DNA of 64,000 bases, taken from assembly GCA_024276015.1 (NCBI GenBank), contig JAJRXZ010000090.1, positions 5,654-69,653 of the forward strand, read 5' to 3'. The position numbers were made by a program, and so were the translations under genes. Origin of the DNA: Spirochaetota bacterium. GTDB taxonomy: Bacteria > Spirochaetota > UBA4802 > UBA5550. The notes below the pieces were generated by a model, which was not told where the DNA came from, ran no database searches, and saw only the letters and a list, made by a program, of their open reading frames with translations. This document shows positions 50,765-59,432 of the stretch, piece by piece (position 1 is the first letter of the stretch; every line of letters begins with the position of its first letter).

Positions 50765-52079
50765 TTCTTATTCCCTGGAGGGTGGCCCCTTTCAGGCTTT
50801 TAATTTTTATTATGATATTTTTGCCGATATCCTGGTCTGACCCGGGCAGAACAACCGGGTGGTTAAGAAAGGTTTTACCCATCACCTGGGAATCGGACTT
50901 TTTACTTATTCTTTCAACGATCATACTTTCGGTTTTGTCAATACGTGCTCTGAGTTTTTTTTGAGATATCTTTTTCTGAATTCCGATAAGTTTGTTCAAT
51001 CTCTCTATTTTTTCATTTCTTGTTATTGAGTCTTCAAGTTCAAAAGCAGGCGTATTTTCCCTTGGAGAGTATGCATACATATAAGCGTCGTCGAACCGGA
51101 TATCTTTTACATACTTAAGGGTTTCCGAATAATCTTCCTCGCTTTCTCCGGGAAAACCTACGATCAGGTCTGTTGTTATAGAATAATTTCGGAGTTCCTT
51201 ATCTATCTTTTCTATTATTTTCATGTAGTGTTTCATATTATACTGTCTGTTCATCAGATCAAGTATTCTGTCTGAGCCGCTTTGCAGAGGCAGATGTATG
51301 GATCTGGATATGTTGCTGTGATCCTTGATTACGGAAATAATATTTTCCGAGAAATCCTTTGGATGTGATGTGATGAAATTTATCTTCAAAATGCCCTCTG
51401 TTTCTGCAACTTTGTCAAGGAGTTTGTAAAATGGAATATCGCCGTTATCCGTTCCATACTGATTTACATTCTGACCAAGAAGGGTGATCTCCTTAATTCC
51501 GGATAATGACAAAGATCTGATATATTCAATAATACTTTCGGATTTGAACGATATTAATTTCCCCCTTACATACGGGACTATACAGTATGAACAGAAATTT
51601 TCACAGCCGTGAGTGATCGTAACCCATTTGTGCCAGATATTCTTATCGTTTTCAGTAACATTTTTAATATTGATCCTGCGGGAGAAATTGTCGTAATTTT
51701 GCGATAGGAATGAATTTCTGTTCTTCTCATTAAGATAGATCTTAATTATTTCTCCTATTCGGGGCGACTCGTAGGGCCCCACCACCAGGTCGGCCACTTT
51801 ATCTCTGGTAAGGGACTGACCGGTTCTCTGAGCCATGCATCCGGCAACTACAATAAGGCCGCCTCTGTTCCTTATGGAGTTCTTTGCCGAATTGATCCGC
51901 GCAATTACTCTGTCTTCCGCATGCTGTCTAACAGAGCAGGTGTTATACACTATTATCTTTGCATCATCAGGGCTCTCAGCTTTTATAAAACCGTTATTTC
52001 TGAAAGACGATTCCATGAGTTCCGAATCGTTCTTATTCATCTGGCAGCCGAATGTCTCTATGTAAAATTTTTGAACCAT
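50757..52079 (-). CDS. miaB: tRNA (N6-isopentenyl adenosine(37)-C2)-methylthiotransferase MiaB
   Basis: 440-aa ORF with an N-terminal UPF0004 domain (TFGCQMN), radical SAM motif GCENFCSYC and a C-terminal TRAM domain. Confidence 0.92.
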   Translation of the reverse strand: MVQKFYIETFGCQMNKNDSELMESSFRNNGFIKAESPDDAKIIVYNTCSVRQHAEDRVIARINSAKNSIRNRGGLIVVAGCMAQRTGQSLTRDKVADLVVGPYESPRIGEIIKIYLNEKNRNSFLSQNYDNFSRRINIKNVTENDKNIWHKWVTITHGCENFCSYCIVPYVRGKLISFKSESIIEYIRSLSLSGIKEITLLGQNVNQYGTDNGDIPFYKLLDKVAETEGILKINFITSHPKDFSENIISVIKDHSNISRSIHLPLQSGSDRILDLMNRQYNMKHYMKIIEKIDKELRNYSITTDLIVGFPGESEEDYSETLKYVKDIRFDDAYMYAYSPRENTPAFELEDSITRNEKIERLNKLIGIQKKISQKKLRARIDKTESMIVERISKKSDSQVMGKTFLNHPVVLPGSDQDIGKNIIIKIKSLKGATLQGIRIV

Positions 52080-52085
52080 CTGATA

Positions 52086-53381
52086 TCAGATAAGACCTAA
52101 TCTGTTATATACGCTGTTGATATTCTTCAGGTATCTTTCAAGTTTGAAGATATCGTCAATTTCAGAAGATGATATCCTTTCAGTAACCTCACTGTTTTTC
52201 AGGGAAAGTTCTTTTAAGGTTCCTTCTTTCTCCCATACTTTCATAGCCATATCCTGAACAATTTTATAGGCCTCCTCTCTGGAAAGTCCCTTCTCAATCA
52301 GTTTCAGCAGAAGTGTTTGCGAGTAAAAGAGTCCTCCCGTATTGTTAATGTTTTCTTTCATTCTTTCAGGATGGACTGTCATGTTGTCCAGAATGAACGC
52401 CATTTTATCAAGAATATAATCCAGAGCAATTGTTGAGTCCGGCAGAATTACTCTTTCAGCCGAGGAATGAGAAATGTCTCTCTCGTGCCAGAGAGTTATA
52501 TTTTCCAGCGCAGTATTTATATTGGATTTTATTATCCGCGAGAGACCTGTAATTCTTTCGCACAGGATGGGATTCCGCTTATGAGGCATTGCAGAAGACC
52601 CCTTCTGGCCTTTCTGAAAGGGTTCTTCAACTTCCCGTACTTCTGTTCGCTGAAGATGCCGAATTTCAGTGGCAAGCTGGTCAAGGCATGCAGCTGTTAT
52701 TGCAATAGCAGCCATATACTCCGCGTGCCTGTCTCTTTGAATGATCTGCGTGGAGATGGGGTCCGGCATAAGGCCCAGTTTCTCGCAGACTTTCTGTTCA
52801 ATTTCAGGTGTAATATTGCTGTAAGTCCCAACGGCTCCTGATAATTTGCCGGCTGAAATGCCTTCAACAGCTCTGATAAATCTGTTTCTGTTCCTTTTGA
52901 AAATTTCATAATAGAGCGCCATTTTAATACCGAATGTTGTGGGTTCAGCATGTACTCCGTGAGATCTTCCCATGCAGGGAGTATCTTTATATTTGAGAGC
53001 AAGTCTCTTTAATGATCTGATCACCCTGTCAATACCATCCAGCAGTATCATTCCTGCCTGTTTCATCTGAATTGATAAAGCCGTGTCTCCAATATCGCTT
53101 GAAGTCAAACCGAAATGGATAAACCTGCCGGAAGGGCCCACCTTCTCGGCAACGGCTGTAAGAAATGCTATCACATCATGGTGAACTTCTTTTTCGATTT
53201 CAAGTATTCTCTCCAGATCAAAATCTGCTTTTTCCTTAATTACTTCCATATCCGATCCGGGGATAATACCTTCCTCCGTATAGACTTCACATACGGCAAT
53301 TTCAATATCCAGCCAGATCCTGAATTTATTTTCCAGGTGCCAGATCCCTGCAATTTTTTCTCTGGAGTAACGTTCGATCAT
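52086..53381 (-). CDS. purB: adenylosuccinate lyase
   Basis: 431-aa ORF with the fumarate-lyase signature GSSAMPHKRNP and N-terminal MIERYSR. Confidence 0.95.
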   Translation of the reverse strand: MIERYSREKIAGIWHLENKFRIWLDIEIAVCEVYTEEGIIPGSDMEVIKEKADFDLERILEIEKEVHHDVIAFLTAVAEKVGPSGRFIHFGLTSSDIGDTALSIQMKQAGMILLDGIDRVIRSLKRLALKYKDTPCMGRSHGVHAEPTTFGIKMALYYEIFKRNRNRFIRAVEGISAGKLSGAVGTYSNITPEIEQKVCEKLGLMPDPISTQIIQRDRHAEYMAAIAITAACLDQLATEIRHLQRTEVREVEEPFQKGQKGSSAMPHKRNPILCERITGLSRIIKSNINTALENITLWHERDISHSSAERVILPDSTIALDYILDKMAFILDNMTVHPERMKENINNTGGLFYSQTLLLKLIEKGLSREEAYKIVQDMAMKVWEKEGTLKELSLKNSEVTERISSSEIDDIFKLERYLKNINSVYNRLGLI

Positions 53382-53579
53382 CTTATCCTCGCAAGTTATT
53401 TGAATGAGTGCCCGTTAAGTATTATTAATGGCTAAAATAATAATCAAATAATAATTTTCAATAATTAATTGATTATTATTTTAGTGTCTGTTTTGGTTTA
53501 AAAGAAATCCTCTTGACATATTCATAAGGGGCGGATCAGTTAACATCTGCAGATTGAGTTAATTCGGAAATTATTGATT

Positions 53580-54158
53580 ATGAATAGATCAACAGATAAG
53601 TCATATATTATTAAAATCGATTCTGTCAAGCTGTTATTTGAGAGAAGCAAAAGAGCAAAGCGCGTGATCATATATGTAAATCCTGCTGCCGGAGTCAGAG
53701 TGGCCGTTCCAAAGAATGTGTCCTTTAAAAAAGCCGAGGAATTTGCTGCCGGAAAGATACGGTGGATCAAAAGACAGCTGCAAAAAATTGAAATTAAAAA
53801 GAAACAGCAGTGTGAATACAATTGCAGAGACGACAACTGCAATGAAAAGGAGCTGAAGGAAAAGTTAAAAAAACGATTGAAATTTTTGGCGGAGAAATAT
53901 GAATTTCAATTTAACAGAGTTTTTATCAGAAGCCAAAAAACGCTATGGGGAAGCTGTTCGGCAAAGAATAATGTCAATCTTAATGTAAAACTTGCAATGC
54001 TGCCGGATGAATTAAGAGATTATGTAATTATGCATGAACTTGTTCATACCAGAATAAAAAATCATAGTAAAGAGTTCTGGGATGAGCTTGAAAAATATGT
54101 GAAGGATCCAAAATCTATAGACAAAAAGCTAAAAAATTATATCCCGGCTCTGTTATAG
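53580..54158 (+). CDS. M48/YgjP-like (DUF45) metallopeptidase
   Basis: HExxH motif in MHELVHT, preceded by WGSC. Track ORF starts at TTG 53574, with an ATG at 53580. The 3' end overlaps recO convergently by 22 nt. Confidence 0.7.
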   Translation: MNRSTDKSYIIKIDSVKLLFERSKRAKRVIIYVNPAAGVRVAVPKNVSFKKAEEFAAGKIRWIKRQLQKIEIKKKQQCEYNCRDDNCNEKELKEKLKKRLKFLAEKYEFQFNRVFIRSQKTLWGSCSAKNNVNLNVKLAMLPDELRDYVIMHELVHTRIKNHSKEFWDELEKYVKDPKSIDKKLKNYIPALL

Positions 54159-54898
54159 GTCTTATCTGTCAGAATGAAGGGTTTTGATTTAATTGCCATA
54201 TTAAAATAGTCTTCAATAAAGAGTATCATAGTAAAGAGAAGGTCCATTGTTTTATTTTCATCAAATTTATTATGGTCTATTTCTGTAAATCTTTTTTTCA
54301 GAGATAGATCGAAAAAAAATTTTGAATTCGCTTCGAGAAGTCTTTCTCTTCCGTTGCAGCATCGGCTGCATAGGGGGTTGAGATCCGGTATCCCCAGTAT
54401 GAAATTACCGTCTATTATTGAAGAACACCTGCTGCATCTTCCTATTTGAGGAAGTATTCCATTAAATCTCAAAAGATGTATTGTATAGAAAACCTAAAGG
54501 TTGGTAAGGAAATCCGTCTTTTTCAGTGTATCTATCGCAGCTGACAGAAGCTCAAAGGAATAATTATTTTTATCATCAAAGGCCGTTGTTTTATCCGTTA
54601 CTTCGAGAAGGTAGCAGAGGTGAAATATCTTATTCAAATCATCTCTTAATTCAGTACAATCACTGTCTATGTGAAATTCATTAACTATATGAATATCTCT
54701 GTTTTCGTGATAATAGTAAACAAGTTTTAAGATTGTTCCATGATCGGCGGCAGATCTGGATCTTCTTTTGCTCTTTTTTAAACCCTTAAATGAAAATTTT
54801 CGCTTGCCGAATTCCCTTGTCAGGATGCTGCACAAAACGTCAGCTTCTCCCGCTGATCTGGAAGAGAGGATGATTCCGGTGGTTTTTTGGATCTCCAT
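54137..54898 (-). pseudogene. recO: DNA repair protein RecO interrupted by an in-frame TAG
   Basis: ORF 54494..54898 encodes the RecO OB-fold N-terminus. ORF 54137..54472 encodes the zinc-finger C-terminus (CSRC ... CSRCC). Both are in the same frame and separated only by a TAG at 54494-54496. The combined length (~253 codons) equals a normal RecO. Confidence 0.8.
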
Positions 54899-54905
54899 TA
54901 AATCT

Positions 54906-55736
54906 TTATTTTTTGTCTGATAGTGTTACAATAATTCTGTTGATCTTTGTGCCGTTGATCTCTTTGATCTTGAAATTAATATTTTCATATTTAACGGTTT
55001 CATTTTTTTTCGGTATTTTGCCGAACTGGTCGAATATAAAACCGCCGATTGTGTCAAATTCCTCTGCAGGAATAGTAAGGCCCAGCTTCTCATTGAAATC
55101 TGATATGGTCATTCTTGAATCCACTTCAAAGACATTTTTACCGATCCTTTCCAGTTCCGGCAGTTCATCGCTGTCAAATTCGTCTTTTATCTCTCCCACA
55201 ATCTCTTCGAGAATATCCTCAAGAGTAACAATGCCGCCCATTCCGCCGTATTCATCAACAACAACGGCAAGGTGAAGTTTTCTTTTTTTAAATTCATAAA
55301 GGAGTTCCTTAAGGGTCATTGTTTCCGGAACAAAATAAGGTTCGTGCAGTATTTTTTTTAAGAGGAACTTTTTTGGCTTGTCCGCAAGCAGTTTTATAAG
55401 ATCTTTGGCATAGAGAATCCCGATTATATTGTCAATGGTATCCTCATAAACGGGCAGTCTCGAATGTCCGGCATTGTTAACGATAGCTACCAGAGGTTTA
55501 AGATCGGTATTTGAGTCAATAGCAACCGTATCGACTCTGGGGATCATTATTTCTCTGACATTTACATCTGATAGTTCAAAAATCCCCCTTATCATATCCT
55601 GACGGGATGTGTCGAGTTTTTCATATGCATTGGCGTCATAGATGTTATTATTGTTTTTTGATGTGTTTTTAAAGATGTTCTTCAGGGTTTTGAAAAAACC
55701 GGAACGATTATTTGACTCGGGATTGTCAGATGTCAT
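54906..55736 (-). CDS. CBS-pair / CorC_HlyC domain protein (CorC/TlyC-like)
   Basis: 276-aa ORF with tandem CBS domains then a transporter-associated domain (FEVDSRMTISDFNEKLG ... DTIGGFI). No DUF21 membrane domain. Confidence 0.8.
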   Translation of the reverse strand: MTSDNPESNNRSGFFKTLKNIFKNTSKNNNNIYDANAYEKLDTSRQDMIRGIFELSDVNVREIMIPRVDTVAIDSNTDLKPLVAIVNNAGHSRLPVYEDTIDNIIGILYAKDLIKLLADKPKKFLLKKILHEPYFVPETMTLKELLYEFKKRKLHLAVVVDEYGGMGGIVTLEDILEEIVGEIKDEFDSDELPELERIGKNVFEVDSRMTISDFNEKLGLTIPAEEFDTIGGFIFDQFGKIPKKNETVKYENINFKIKEINGTKINRIIVTLSDKK

Positions 55737-55824
55737 TATATTATATCTATTACCTTCCAGAATAAATTTAATAAAAAGCTATTAAAATATATAATAGGAA
55801 AAAGTCAATAATTTAATAAGTGTC

Positions 55825-56373
55825 TTAATTCCCCCATATTGTAAATTTCTTAATTGTTTCAAGAGCAAGTTTCGAACAATTCATTGCTTCGGATTTTGAC
55901 AGGTTGCAGTCATTGTAAAGACTGTCGGCTAAAAACTTTTTGATGGCCATATAGACGTCTTTTGTGGGGAAAAAAATAAAAGAGAAAGAATCGCCCGAGC
56001 TTTTCAATATAGTGAATGATGAGTATAACATTTTAGGTTCCTTTGCGATCATAACTCTGTCAAGATGTTTAGTCTTTACAATTTCAAGTTCGTCAAACCT
56101 GTACGGTATTTTTTTACCGTCCTCTCGGTTAACCGGCTCAATATATTTTTTTGCGAAACTTGAAGGTTCCACCATCATATGAATTCTGTTGCCGTCGGTT
56201 TTAAAGACTATTCCTTCAGGGACCTGATAAATATCCTTAACATTCCTGTATGCCGTTATTTCGTAAATTGCGTATATTGACCCCGGTTCAAGGAATGCAG
56301 AAATAATAAATCCGCCGTTGGCCGGAATAGTCTCTGTTTGATAAGCTTTAATTAATGATAACGCTTTAGCCAT
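55825..56373 (-). CDS. hypothetical protein
   Basis: 182-aa ORF with no recognisable motif. Coding is supported only by length and its fit in a gene-dense strand context. Confidence 0.4.
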   Translation of the reverse strand: MAKALSLIKAYQTETIPANGGFIISAFLEPGSIYAIYEITAYRNVKDIYQVPEGIVFKTDGNRIHMMVEPSSFAKKYIEPVNREDGKKIPYRFDELEIVKTKHLDRVMIAKEPKMLYSSFTILKSSGDSFSFIFFPTKDVYMAIKKFLADSLYNDCNLSKSEAMNCSKLALETIKKFTIWGN

Positions 56374-56556
56374 ATTATTTTCCTTGAATTATTTTATATG
56401 AAAAGATAACATGTAATATTGTACTCTGTTTTTTGTTATGATAAAAATATATTAAGTCATTTGTAAAATCAATAAAATTTTTTTTTAAGTGAAAAATATT
56501 TGTCTGTGACAGTTTGGATTTTAGATGCATATTTCAGCCGGATTGTATTGAACGCT

Positions 56557-57336
56557 ATGAAAGAATTTTTTTGTCCCGAACCGCACAAATTCGCTCTGCT
56601 TGGAAGCGGCAACAAACTGCCTCCCAATAGTCCTATCTCATTTGCAGATGCAATTGAAAAAGGCGCCGACGTTATATCAATCGGTCTCCGCTTAACATCA
56701 GATAGAGAAGTTATAGTTATATGGGATGAGGACCTTGCGTCTCAGTCAAACGGGACCGGGAAAGCAGGGCAGCTTACACTCAAGGAGGTTAAAAACCTTG
56801 ATGCTGCATATAAATTTTGTGTGGATGGTGAATATAAATTCAGGGACAAAGGGATACAATTTATGACATTTGATGAAATGCTTGATATGTTCCCTCAACA
56901 GAGATTTCATATTGAGATACTGGACAGAGGGATTGAGTCTGTTAAAGCATTCTGCAGAATCGTAAAGAATAGAGATGCATCGGGACGTATATTATTGTCA
57001 TGCTATAACAAAAAAATTATCCAAATGGCAAGACTTGAATTTCCGGAGATGGCTACGTCACTCTCTTTTTATGAATTGATCGGGATGTATGCTCTCTTCA
57101 GAACCGGTCTGCTTTTTTTGAAGAAGAGTTTTCAGGGAGATGCCATTATATCAACGGAAACTATAGGAACATCATACGTGGCAAATCAGGGTTTAATTTT
57201 AAGCGCAAAGGAGAAAGGTTTAAGAGTATATATACGGAATGTCCTGAATGATCACCAGGCATTAAGGCTGATAGATTCGGGCGCGGACGGGATCATCTCA
57301 GAGAGCATGGAACTGCTGGCCCCACTCGCTTTTTAA
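56557..57336 (+). CDS. glycerophosphodiester phosphodiesterase-like protein (catalytic residues not conserved)
   Basis: GDPD-like layout (GADVISIGLRLTSDREVIVIWDEDL ... GADGIISE). Positions expected to be HRG, PENT, E.D and HD read LGSG, PPNS, S.G and WD. Track ORF starts at TTG 56500, with an ATG at 56557. Confidence 0.55.
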   Translation: MKEFFCPEPHKFALLGSGNKLPPNSPISFADAIEKGADVISIGLRLTSDREVIVIWDEDLASQSNGTGKAGQLTLKEVKNLDAAYKFCVDGEYKFRDKGIQFMTFDEMLDMFPQQRFHIEILDRGIESVKAFCRIVKNRDASGRILLSCYNKKIIQMARLEFPEMATSLSFYELIGMYALFRTGLLFLKKSFQGDAIISTETIGTSYVANQGLILSAKEKGLRVYIRNVLNDHQALRLIDSGADGIISESMELLAPLAF

Positions 57337-57561
57337 ACGGTTGGGCTTCATTGATAAAAATAAGATCAAGAAATAAATTTCTATTCATTTTGCCAATAAT
57401 GTGTAAAGTAAGATTTTAAATTACGTACTATCCCCTATGATTTAAAATATATTATATTTGCCGGTAAGAATTATCTTGACTTTATTTAAAGAGGATTAAA
57501 TTAATAATAGAGTTGAAAATTTGTTAACAAAATCTATTTTAAATATTGATCAGGAGTTTTT

Positions 57562-58881
57562 ATGACCCGCTATAAAGTTGCAATTACCCGTTATGCGCAT
57601 GATGCTGATGCTGTTAAAAGAGCTGTGGATCTTTCGGGAGCCTTTGAGAAAATTCCCCGCGGAGGAAAGGTTTTTATAAAGCCTAATATAGTTTTCTGGA
57701 CAAAAGAGACTGTTTTCCCCAAATGGGGCGTTATAACAACATCAAGGGTTATAGAAGAAATAGTCTCCTGCCTGAAAGATATGGGAATCCATCATATTAC
57801 AATTGGTGAGGGCATAATCAGACTCAAGCATAATGACAGCGAAACTTCAAAACATGCATATGAACAGCTCGGTTATTATAACCTTGCGAAAAGATATGGC
57901 ATTAAGTGTATCGATATTTTTGAAAGACCTTTTAGGAAAATTGATATGGGCAGAGGAGGCGAACTGGCCTTTAATGAAGATATAATCGAATCGGATTATA
58001 TAATAAATGTTCCCGTTTTGAAAACGCATGCTCAGACAAGAGTCAGTCTGGGAATGAAAAATTTCAAAGGGATCATTGATATAAATTCCAGGAAAAAATG
58101 TCACAGCGCAGACAGAGAGAATGATCTCGATTACATGATATCTTTGCTGCCCGATGTTCTGCCCCCCTGCGCAGCTGTTATTGACGGCATATATACTATT
58201 GAACGAGGGCCCACCTTTGACGGGAAAGCCAGGAGGAGCGATATTATTATTGCCTCCCCGGATATGATCTCAGCTGATATGGTCGGTGCAGTAGTACTTG
58301 GGCATGAACCTGAGCAGGTCAAATACTTAGTATATGCAGCTGAAAAACATAACAGGGCGCTGGATCTTTCGGATATTGAAATAATCGGAGAGAAGATTGA
58401 AGATGTCAAATCCTACCATGATTATACTTTCCCGTATAATGAGGATAATACTCTCCCGGCAGCAATGGATAGGGCCGGAATTAAGGGAGTATCCTATTAC
58501 AAATTTGACAATACGCTGTGCACATACTGTTCGTTTATCACAGGAGCAATGCTTACTTCAATTGCTTTTGCATGGAAAGGCAAAGCCTGGGACGATGTGG
58601 AAGTGCTGACCGGTAAAATAATGAAGCCTCTTAAAGGCAAAAAGAAGACAATTCTTCTTGGAAAGTGTATGTGCAGCCTCAATAGAGATAATCCCGATAT
58701 TAATGAACTTATTGAGATCAAAGGATGCCCCCCTAAACCTGAAGATGCGGTAAAGGCGCTTCACAGAGCCGGAATAGAAGTTGATCCTGCTATTTTTGAA
58801 AATCTGGATAAAGCTCCCGGTTTCTTTATGTCAAAGTATAAAGATAAACCTGAATTTGACGAATCATTTTACAGAATATAA
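57562..58881 (+). CDS. DUF362 domain-containing protein
   Basis: 439-aa ORF with a DUF362-like N-terminal pattern (GKVFIKPNIV ... INVPVLKTH) and a cysteine-rich C-terminal part. GGAG SD upstream. Confidence 0.6.
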   Translation: MTRYKVAITRYAHDADAVKRAVDLSGAFEKIPRGGKVFIKPNIVFWTKETVFPKWGVITTSRVIEEIVSCLKDMGIHHITIGEGIIRLKHNDSETSKHAYEQLGYYNLAKRYGIKCIDIFERPFRKIDMGRGGELAFNEDIIESDYIINVPVLKTHAQTRVSLGMKNFKGIIDINSRKKCHSADRENDLDYMISLLPDVLPPCAAVIDGIYTIERGPTFDGKARRSDIIIASPDMISADMVGAVVLGHEPEQVKYLVYAAEKHNRALDLSDIEIIGEKIEDVKSYHDYTFPYNEDNTLPAAMDRAGIKGVSYYKFDNTLCTYCSFITGAMLTSIAFAWKGKAWDDVEVLTGKIMKPLKGKKKTILLGKCMCSLNRDNPDINELIEIKGCPPKPEDAVKALHRAGIEVDPAIFENLDKAPGFFMSKYKDKPEFDESFYRI

Positions 58882-58939
58882 GTGTTTTTTATTAACTTCA
58901 GGTTTTACTTGTTAAGTTAATGAATTTTAAGGTTAAGTA

Positions 58940-59404
58940 ATGTCTGATAATTTGAAAAATGCCCTGTTGTCATCCGGTGCGATCCCCTTGATCATGCGCG
59001 GAGTCAGCGATATCCGGGGAGCACAGGAAGGAATATACCGTGACGGAGGTATAATTGATTATCATCTGGATATTCCTTTTTTAAATGACGATAATCTGGT
59101 ACTGTACCCTCATTTTATAAACAGGATGATCCCGGGATGGTTCGATAAATATTCTGCCGGAAGAAAACCGGACATGAACAATTTCAGAAATGTTCTGCTT
59201 ATCTGTCCTTCAGAAAATTTTATAAAAAAACTCCCAAACAATAAAATTCCTGACAGGAACGATTTTTTATTATATAATAGTAATAGGGAAAGGGTCCTAA
59301 AAGGGAGAGAAGTAACCGTACTTGGACGAATTCCGGGCAGCGAATTTATGAATGATACGGGATCGGGGGCAGTTAAAAAAAAGGTGCAGCCTCTGGTTCA
59401 ATAA
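58940..59404 (+). pseudogene. patatin-like phospholipase, C-terminal fragment
   Basis: 154-aa ORF containing the region around the catalytic Asp (SSGAIPLIM ... YRDGGIIDY). It lacks the N-terminal GGGxxG and GxSxG halves. Only 58 nt separate it from the preceding gene. Confidence 0.5.
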
Positions 59405-59432
59405 CTGATATAAATTAAGGTTTTGTTAAGGA

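Noticed and set aside
54494-54496. The in-frame TAG in recO as evidence of stop-codon reassignment or pyrrolysine.
   Set aside because: TAG terminates several well-supported genes in this window (DUF192 gene, aroA, rpmE). No pyl genes or PYLIS-like context are visible.
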